This document shows positions 26,301-32,000 of a stretch of DNA of 32,000 nt, piece by piece (the first letter of the stretch is position 1; each line of letters begins with the position of its first letter). Source of the DNA: Candidatus Electronema halotolerans (GTDB taxonomy: Bacteria > Desulfobacterota > Desulfobulbia > Desulfobulbales > Desulfobulbaceae); NCBI GenBank assembly GCA_942493095.1, contig OW818675.1, positions 3,120,001-3,152,000 on the forward strand. Reading direction: 5' to 3'. Under the pieces are notes generated by a model. That model was given only the letters and a program-made list of their open reading frames with translations, was not told where the DNA came from and searched no databases. The position numbers and the translations under genes are program-made.

Positions 26301-27775
26301 AAGTTGCTCTGCTCACAGGCCATGAGAATTCTGTCCGCAGCGCAGCCTTCAGTCCTGATGGCAAAAAGATCGTTTCAGCCTCTTGGGACCGTACCGTACG
26401 GATTTGGGATGTCGACAGCGGCAAAGAATTAGCTGTGCTCAAAGATATTTCCTACATGTCTGGCTTCAGTCCTGATGGCAAAAAAATAGTTTCAGCCTCT
26501 TGGGATACTGTACGGATTTGGGATGTCGACAGCGGCAAAGAACTGGCTGTCCTCAAAGGACATGAGAGTAGTGTGAACAGCGTGGCCTTCAGTCCTGATG
26601 GCAAAAAGATCGTTTCAGCTTCTGAAGACAATACCGTACGGATTTGGGATGCGGACAGTGGCAAAGAGCCGCTCATACTCAAAGGGCAGGAAAAAACTGT
26701 CCGCAGCATGGCCTTCAGTTCTGACGGCAAAAAAATAGTTTCAGCATCCGAGGACTATAAGGACTATACCATACGGATTTGGGATGCGGACAGCGGCAAA
26801 GAACTATCCATTCTCAAAGGACATGTGAAAACTGTCAGACGCAGCAGAGTGAGAAGGTCAAGAAGACGCATTTCCCTGCCCCCTGATGATAAAGAAAATG
26901 TTTCAGCTTCCGATGAGGACAAGGACAATACCGTGCGGGTTTGGAATGTGACCAGTGACAAAGAACCTGCCTTTCTCAAAAAAAATGAGGAAAGCGTCCT
27001 CAGCCCAGCCTTCAGTCCTAATGACAAACAAAACGTTTTAGCTTCCGAGGATAAAGGTTATGAGGAACCTGCACGTATCCTCAGCGTGGCCTTCAGTCTT
27101 GACAGCAAAAAAATAGTTTTAGCTTTGGAGGGTAATACCTTGCAGATTTGGGATGCGGACAGTGGCAAAGAATTAGCCAATCTCAAAGAGCATGAAAAAA
27201 CTGCCCCCAGTATAGACTTTGACAGTGGATATAAAAAAATAAGTCGTGTAGAGTTTGGAGAAACATCCTCTAGGATTTGGGATGTCAATAACAAAGAATT
27301 GGCTATTCTGAAAGGTAATGAAAAAACTCTCAGCAGAATAGCTTTCAGTCCTGATGACAAAAAAATTGTTTCCACTTCAGAGGATAATACCGTACGGATT
27401 TGGGATGCAGCCAGTGGCAAAGAATTAGCTGTGCTCAAAGGTATTGCCTACATGGCTGGCTTCAGTCCTGATGGCAAAAAAATCGTTTCCCCTTTTAGCG
27501 ACCATGTGCGAATTTTGGACTTGAAATGCTACCAACTTTTCCTCCAAAACTATGCCAAACCCACCCCCCTCTACCGCACCTTCATCCAAGCCGTAAAATT
27601 CCTCTGGCAATTAGACGTGCAGGGCCTTGAAATCGTGCATAAGGAACGCAGCCCAGCAGACATGGAACGCTTCGGCAGCCTGCTTGCACCCCCGCCGCCC
27701 GGCCAAAGCAAATTCGACCAAGTGCTGGAATGGGCAGAAAAGCAGCAGGGCGGTAGCGGACAACAAGCTGATTGA
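23351..27775 (+). CDS. Trypsin-like protease - nSTAND1-type NTPase - TM helix - WD40 repeat protein
   Basis: His40 in TCAHVV, Asp94 in LEDIAVLEL, Ser173 in PGFSGTAVW; Walker A VIGASGSGKSSLVFAGLLPML, Walker B-like RLLLLVDQFEELYTL; TM AAAAGMLLAAVVMAVFFVLW; about 14 WD40 units. Confidence 0.93.
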   Translation: MRSLSLDSALVRILIDDRSPRESKGAGFLVTPQHVITCAHVVNDALGLPQRAVEQPDLPLLFDFPLLAGQPFVQAKILRWFPVQEDSAIGELEDIAVLELLPDSPLPAGAQPAPLVVPDEKEHVFFAWKVRMFGFPSFAPDGTWANGVLQGLTGKGWAEIHHADSGSVAPGFSGTAVWSVRENAVCGMTVSSLSSAASYMIPAAALIQAFPEMDRFSRPANPYRGMEAFREKDARFYFGREADADTLKEKIDTQPFTAVIGASGSGKSSLVFAGLLPMLRQSGDWLICACRPKQQPFHELAACLIPMLYEDELERIKKSRLCAADLRSGDMLLSDLLRRIADRNDCRRLLLLVDQFEELYTLNTDRAAARAFVSLLLEAKQAEGFRAVITLRADFLEAALGDAGFAETLNACPPLLLSPIDSHGLRQAVEQPAKLLGIRFEAGLVDLIVTDVGNEPGSLPLLEFCLTQLWEQQTFRQISHAAYKDSGGVQQALARHAEAVYAGFAATEQESVQLIFLKLVRPGQGTEDTRQVAALADFQEEQRGLIKQLADQRLLVTSGDKAGQQVEVVHEALIRHWQTLRKWVDAEREFLVWQEKLRVLLRQWQESGHDEGALLRGLPLDEALQWRGSHAGYLGEEELGFVRESEEARKKQRRRKGIAAAAGMLLAAVVMAVFFVLWQDAERQKIVADQERRHAVEQRGIAEQQTLASNYNLAKAFEEKALTALKTANGQGDVEYKKAVLFASATLAQKIPETATAMESPYIGSLFSLVVFHSGLAELAVLRGHENSVSSAAFSPDGEKIVSVSDDHTVRIWDAASGKQVALLTGHEYPVTSAAFSPDGKKIVSASEDNTVRIWDVDSSKELAVLKGISYMSGFSPDGKKIVSASWDTVRIWDVDSGKELAVLKGHESSVNSVAFSPDGKKIVLAPEDNTVRIWDVDSSKELAVLKGHESSVNSVAFSPDNSKIVSASDDNTVRIWDAASGQQVALLTGHENSVRSAAFSPDGKKIVSASWDRTVRIWDVDSGKELAVLKDISYMSGFSPDGKKIVSASWDTVRIWDVDSGKELAVLKGHESSVNSVAFSPDGKKIVSASEDNTVRIWDADSGKEPLILKGQEKTVRSMAFSSDGKKIVSASEDYKDYTIRIWDADSGKELSILKGHVKTVRRSRVRRSRRRISLPPDDKENVSASDEDKDNTVRVWNVTSDKEPAFLKKNEESVLSPAFSPNDKQNVLASEDKGYEEPARILSVAFSLDSKKIVLALEGNTLQIWDADSGKELANLKEHEKTAPSIDFDSGYKKISRVEFGETSSRIWDVNNKELAILKGNEKTLSRIAFSPDDKKIVSTSEDNTVRIWDAASGKELAVLKGIAYMAGFSPDGKKIVSPFSDHVRILDLKCYQLFLQNYAKPTPLYRTFIQAVKFLWQLDVQGLEIVHKERSPADMERFGSLLAPPPPGQSKFDQVLEWAEKQQGGSGQQAD
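25685..27525 (+). repeat. WD40 repeat array, about 14 units of roughly 38-50 or more aa, including a 330-bp block duplicated at 25820-26149 and 26312-26641
   Basis: Recurring H-x-x-V-x-S-x-AFSPDGKKIVSASEDNTVRIWD; 170 bp identical between 25954-26123 and 26446-26615. Confidence 0.93.
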
Positions 27776-27835
27776 CCGCCTGCGCAACTGAAAACATGCC
27801 GCATCTGATGCGAAGGAAATTTTACATAATTTCCA

Positions 27836-29821
27836 TCATAATCCCGGCAAAACCGGCGCAGATTCGGCCTCCTTCCTCGGCTGGCCAGTGATGTCCGTCA
27901 CCTTGCGCACAGCCCGGCTGCTGACCCGCTTGCCTTGGGCCGCCTCGCCCTTGATCAGATATTCGTCAAAATCAATCTCCAAGGCATTGCTGCGCGCCCG
28001 TGCTGAGGGCGCAAGGCTGACCCGCGCCCGGATGCCGCTCTCACCCACGGCCAGCATCTGGATGAGCGAACGCTTATGCTCCTCAAAGAGCCGGTATTCC
28101 TTGTTCAGGATGAACTTGGGAGCGCGAAAGCGTTTGACGTAGCTCAGATTGACTGCCCCGGCCCGATAAATGATGTTGAAGACCAAATCCTTGCGCAAGG
28201 CCCCGGCCCAGATCAGCTCGCTGCCGACAAAGAGCTTGTCCGGCACTGGAATCACCTTGTAGAGGCCGTCGCGGAAGATGAGCAGGAGACGGTCCAGTTC
28301 TGAGCAGGGGTCTTCAAACTCTGGCTGGGCCGTGCTCACCTTATGGCCAAGAAAACCTGTAGCCCGGTCATAGACTGCCAGCAGATTGGAGATGGCCGCC
28401 TCCCGCGCATCGACTTGATCAAAGGCTTTCAGCTCACTCTTGCGCGGATGCTGCGGTCCGTATTTGTCGAGCAGACTGCGCAGGCAGTTTTTCGCAAAAA
28501 GCGTCACATCCTGCAAATGGCGGTCGATCTTGGCAATGTCCTGCTCCAGCTTGCGGATTTCCTTTTCCTGCTTGGCAAGGTCATAGCGGGAGATGCGCTT
28601 GATGCGAATATCTAAAAGCCGCTCAATGTCCTCCTTGCTCGGCTGGCGGATCAGCCGCGCCGCAAACGGTTCCAAGGCATGACGAACCGCCTCTGTCACG
28701 GCCTTGGCGCTGCCTTCCTCCTCAATCCGCTTGTAGAGCCGCTCCTCGATGAAGATTTGCTCCAGCGTGCAGGCATGGAGGCGGTCAAGCAGGCGGCCCC
28801 GCTCAATGCGCAGCTCCTCTTCCAGATCACGGCGTAGCTTGTCCGTGTTGTGGCGCAGCACCTCCTCCACGCCCATAATGCAGGGCATGTTGTCCTTGAT
28901 CAGGACCAAGCTGGGCGAGACGCTCAGTTCGCAGTCGGTGAAGGCATAAAGGGCTGCCGCTGCCTCTTCCGCATGCACACCACGCGGCAGCTTGATCTCA
29001 ATCTCCACCTTTTCGGCGGTGTAGTCGCTGATTGAGGTGATCTTGATCTTGCCTGCCTTGGCCGCCCGCTCAACTGAGTCAATCAGGGCCTCAGTGGTGA
29101 GACTGGCGGGCAGCTCAGTGATGGTGATGGTCTTGTCAGCCAGCTTCATCCGCGCCCGGCAGCGCAGACGGCCATTGCCGTGGTCATAGTCAGTCGCATC
29201 AACAATGCCGCCGCCGGGAAAATCAGGCAGGATGATGAAGTCCTTGCCTTCCAGATAGTCAATCTGTGCTTGGAGCAGCTCGCCAAAGTTATGCGGCATG
29301 ATCTTGGTGGCCATGCCGACGGCGATGCCTTCCGCACCGAGCAGCAGGAGCAGGGGCAATTTGGCAGGCAGGGTGACTGGCTCCTGCATCCGGCCATCAT
29401 AGGAATCAACAAAGGAGGTCAGGTCAGGATTGAACAGGGTCTCACGGGCCAGCGGGGTGAGGCGGCATTCAATATAGCGGGCCGCGCTGGCTTGGTCGCC
29501 GGTGAAGACATTGCCAAAGTTGCCCTGCCGGTCTATCAGCAGCTCTTTGTTGGCCAGATTGACCAAGGCGGCAAAGATGGACTGGTCGCCGTGCGGGTGC
29601 AGCTTCATGGTCTCGCCGACCACGTTGGCCACCTTGTGATAGCGACCATCATCCATGTTGCGCAAAGTCTGCAAGATGCGCCGCTGCACCGGCTTCAGGC
29701 CGTCGTCAATGTCTGGGATGGCCCGCTCGCGGATGACGTAGGCGGTGTAGTCCAGGAAGTTGCGGTCAAAGAGCCGATGCAGGCGGCTTTGGGGATGCTC
29801 AGGGGCTGTGATGTCAGTCAT
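27836..29821 (-). CDS. parC: DNA topoisomerase IV subunit A (type IIA topoisomerase A subunit)
   Basis: [53 protein letters not shown] catalytic-Tyr motif, [15 protein letters not shown]; short form without an evident C-terminal beta-pinwheel. Confidence 0.93.
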   Translation of the reverse strand: MTDITAPEHPQSRLHRLFDRNFLDYTAYVIRERAIPDIDDGLKPVQRRILQTLRNMDDGRYHKVANVVGETMKLHPHGDQSIFAALVNLANKELLIDRQGNFGNVFTGDQASAARYIECRLTPLARETLFNPDLTSFVDSYDGRMQEPVTLPAKLPLLLLLGAEGIAVGMATKIMPHNFGELLQAQIDYLEGKDFIILPDFPGGGIVDATDYDHGNGRLRCRARMKLADKTITITELPASLTTEALIDSVERAAKAGKIKITSISDYTAEKVEIEIKLPRGVHAEEAAAALYAFTDCELSVSPSLVLIKDNMPCIMGVEEVLRHNTDKLRRDLEEELRIERGRLLDRLHACTLEQIFIEERLYKRIEEEGSAKAVTEAVRHALEPFAARLIRQPSKEDIERLLDIRIKRISRYDLAKQEKEIRKLEQDIAKIDRHLQDVTLFAKNCLRSLLDKYGPQHPRKSELKAFDQVDAREAAISNLLAVYDRATGFLGHKVSTAQPEFEDPCSELDRLLLIFRDGLYKVIPVPDKLFVGSELIWAGALRKDLVFNIIYRAGAVNLSYVKRFRAPKFILNKEYRLFEEHKRSLIQMLAVGESGIRARVSLAPSARARSNALEIDFDEYLIKGEAAQGKRVSSRAVRKVTDITGQPRKEAESAPVLPGL

Positions 29822-29860
29822 GCGTTTCTCAATCGGATCGCATTATTTTTGCGGGTAAAT

Positions 29861-30034
29861 TCAAGTTCTTGCTATACGCTTTGACTCGTCTGCATATTCC
29901 CTTGCAAACAAGACAGACTCATCGGCAAACACAATTTTAATTTTGCGGTAAAATCCACCTGCCCATCTTCTGTATTCCTGAATCTCGTATCTGCTTATCC
30001 AATTTTCTGAGTCAAGCAATCTCAAAATTTCCAT
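29861..30034 (-). pseudogene. C-terminally truncated TumE/DUF6516-like toxin fragment, 57 aa
   Basis: Manual minus-strand translation: MEILRLLDSENWISRYEIQEYRRWAGGFYRKIKIVFADESVLFAREYADESKRIART*; below the 60-aa cutoff of the ORF track; overlaps the upstream gene by 23 nt. Confidence 0.5.
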
Positions 30035-30278
30035 GCTTGACCTCTTCGATTTTTCCGCAAAGCTCGTTGAATATTTTCATCTGCGCTTTCCATTCAATGT
30101 AATCATCCCACTGTGAAAAATCATCTTGCGCGGCATGTTCAACCTGCTGTTTGAACTCGCTCCACGGCTGGTTGTATTTTTGCTCAAAAAGACGTATTTT
30201 TTCGCGCACCGTGTGCAGGGCAGCATGATATTCCATCAGGAGCCATTCTGCAATTTCCTGCTTATACACTGTAATCAT
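30012..30278 (-). CDS. Small acidic helical protein, probable partner/antitoxin of the TumE-like ORF
   Basis: GGAGGTGAAG SD directly upstream; KIRLFEQKYNQPWSEFKQQVEHA..DDYIEWKAQ...KIEEVKHGNFEIA. Confidence 0.65.
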   Translation of the reverse strand: MITVYKQEIAEWLLMEYHAALHTVREKIRLFEQKYNQPWSEFKQQVEHAAQDDFSQWDDYIEWKAQMKIFNELCGKIEEVKHGNFEIA

Positions 30279-30437
30279 GTCTCTTCACCTCCAATGAATG
30301 CGTGATCGCAACAAGCCATCCCCATGCTGGAAGTAAAAAAAATACAGCTAAAATGGGATGCTGTCAAACCAAAACAGCCCGAACTGCTTCTGCAATCCGG
30401 GCTGATCACTCTCCGCATCACAACGAAACCGCCAGCG

Positions 30438-31925
30438 TTACACCGTCGCAGGCTCCTTCACTTCCTCACCAAAGGCGTGAATCTGAGCCATGATGCCGTT
30501 CATAGTGAAGCGGCCCATGTCAATGGCCATAGTCGGACAGCGGGCCGCGCACACGCCGCAGCCCTTGCAGGAGGCGGTGATGGTGCGGGCCTTGCGCTTG
30601 CCGTTGTCATCCTTATAGATATCAATGGCCTTGTACGGACAGAAGCTCTCGCAGGCTCCGCAGCCGATGCACTGCTCCGCGTCGATCTGAGAGACAATCG
30701 GGGCCGGAGTCACCGAGCCTTTGGCTAACGGATGACTGGCCCGGCCTGCTGCCGCCTGGGCCTGAGCCACAGTCTCGTCCATCGAGCGCGGCGAATGGGC
30801 CAGACCGCAGACAAAAGTCCCGTCCACCGGCAGGTCAACCGGCTGGAGCTTGACATGCGCTTCCAAGAAGAATTTTTCCGCCGTGACCGGCACTTTCAGC
30901 ATCTTGGCCAGCGCGGTCGGGTCTTCCGGGACTATGCCGGTTGACAGAGCGAGCAGATCGGTATCCGCTTCCAACTCCTCGCCGAGCAGCGGGTCAAAGT
31001 AGCGCACCTTAACCGCATCGCCATCGACACTGACTTCCGGCTTGCGCTCCAAGCTGTAGCGGGTGAAAATCACGCCGAGTTGGCGCGCTTTGCGGTAATC
31101 ATCTTCCATAAAGCCGTAGGAACGCATGTCTCGGTAAAGAATCACAATCTGCATTTCCGGCTGAAGAGCCTTGAGGCGCAGGGCGTTCTTCAGAGCTTGG
31201 CCGCAGCAGACCCGGCTGCAATAGGTCAAATCCTCGTCCCGCGAGCCGACGCACTGAATCATCACCGCCCGTTTGGCCGCCTTGAGGCCGTCCTGCTCCG
31301 CAACCAGCCGCTGCTCCAGCTCAAGCTGGGTGACGATCTTCGGTGACTGGCCGTAGCAATATTGCGTCGGCTGATAAGGATTGCCGCCTGTCGCTAAAAC
31401 CGTCACTCCGTGGTGAATCAGCTCGCTCGCGCCCTTGCTTTCTACCGTGGTGGTGAAGTTGCCGACATAGCCGGAACAGGCCGTCACCTGCGCCTCGGTA
31501 TGCACAGTGATGCGCGCATGACTGTTGACCCGATCAATCACCGACTGCACGGCCTGCTTGGGATCATTGCCGCGCCGGTCAGCCGTGAGCAGCAGGGCCT
31601 TGCCGCCGAGCTGAGTTCCGCGCTCGATCAAGGCGACATCAAAGCCCTGATCAGCAATGGCCAAGGCTGCTGTCATGCCTGCCAAGCCGCCGCCGACCAC
31701 CAGTGCCGAGGGCGTGACCGGGAGCTGCATCTCTTGCAACGCGGTCAGATGACAGGCTTTGGCCACGGCCATGCGCACAGCATCTTTAGCTTTCGCAGTC
31801 GCCCGCTCCGGCTCGTGTATATGCACCCAAGAACATTGGTCGCGGATATTGGCCATCTCAAAGAGCGGAATCCGTTGTTCTTGATAGATAGAGAATATCG
31901 ATCTATAATAAACAGGTAAGCACAT
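30438..31925 (-). CDS. hdrA: HdrA-like FAD/[4Fe-4S] oxidoreductase lacking the usual N-terminal region
   Basis: MANIRDQCSWVH...KAKDAVRMAVAKA, ALVVGGGLAGMTAALAIADQG, MIQCVGSRD...YCSRVCC, two ferredoxin motifs CIGCGACESFCP and CKGCGVCAARCP. Homology appears to begin only at LFEMANIRDQ. Confidence 0.88.
   Translation of the reverse strand: MCLPVYYRSIFSIYQEQRIPLFEMANIRDQCSWVHIHEPERATAKAKDAVRMAVAKACHLTALQEMQLPVTPSALVVGGGLAGMTAALAIADQGFDVALIERGTQLGGKALLLTADRRGNDPKQAVQSVIDRVNSHARITVHTEAQVTACSGYVGNFTTTVESKGASELIHHGVTVLATGGNPYQPTQYCYGQSPKIVTQLELEQRLVAEQDGLKAAKRAVMIQCVGSRDEDLTYCSRVCCGQALKNALRLKALQPEMQIVILYRDMRSYGFMEDDYRKARQLGVIFTRYSLERKPEVSVDGDAVKVRYFDPLLGEELEADTDLLALSTGIVPEDPTALAKMLKVPVTAEKFFLEAHVKLQPVDLPVDGTFVCGLAHSPRSMDETVAQAQAAAGRASHPLAKGSVTPAPIVSQIDAEQCIGCGACESFCPYKAIDIYKDDNGKRKARTITASCKGCGVCAARCPTMAIDMGRFTMNGIMAQIHAFGEEVKEPATV
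31881..31909 (+). promoter_or_regulatory. Near-consensus sigma70 promoter TTGATA - 17 bp - TATAAT
   Basis: Read directly; followed by an AAGGAA SD (31949-31954) and ATG at 31961. Confidence 0.65.
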
Positions 31926-31960
31926 CAGCCATATCCAAAATATTTGCCAAGGAAAGCATC

Positions 31961-32000
31961 ATGGAACAAATAGATAAAATATCTGACAACGAATTGGTCC
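31961..32000 (+). CDS. Start of an unidentified gene truncated by the window (MEQIDKISDNELV...)
   Basis: Promoter, SD and ATG correctly spaced; the frame is open to the window edge. Confidence 0.45.
   Translation, partial: MEQIDKISDNELV

Noticed and set aside
25685-27525. Possible CRISPR or transposon repeats from many recurring DNA words
   Set aside because: All repeats are in frame and encode WD40 units within one long CDS.
30324-31919. Plus-strand ORFs (134 and 169 aa) opposite the HdrA-like gene
   Set aside because: Antisense to a strongly supported Fe-S flavoprotein; no SD or domain.

Overview
The window looks like a GC-rich deltaproteobacterial or Desulfobulbales-type chromosome. That taxonomic guess is inference from gene content only, and a cable-bacterium-like relative is possible but unproven. 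Housekeeping genes are pyrK(partial)-pyrD-aroD, an initiator tRNA-Met, sbcB, an S66 LD-carboxypeptidase, coaX, pilD, TPM+LemA, a Wzz-like gene, an MBL hydrolase, an M48/Ste24 protease, purB and parC. The less ordinary content is: (1) a secreted protein at 17947-19050 with 36 cysteines in six tandem CxxCxxxC..CxxxCxxxxC units followed by a predicted outer-membrane beta-barrel; (2) a protease-STAND NTPase-TM-WD40 protein (23351-27775) with a Trypco1-like partner, translationally coupled behind purB and DUF4911; its WD40 array carries a 170-bp exact internal duplication; (3) an HdrA-like gene lacking its N-terminus at the right edge, abutting a consensus promoter and a divergent start codon; (4) a truncated TumE-like toxin with its presumptive partner next to parC; (5) a sensor kinase with a c-type heme motif; (6) an orphan SdhC-like cytochrome b; (7) a perfect 28-bp palindrome between a Shine-Dalgarno and aroD. 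No CRISPR array, rRNA or complete IS element was seen.
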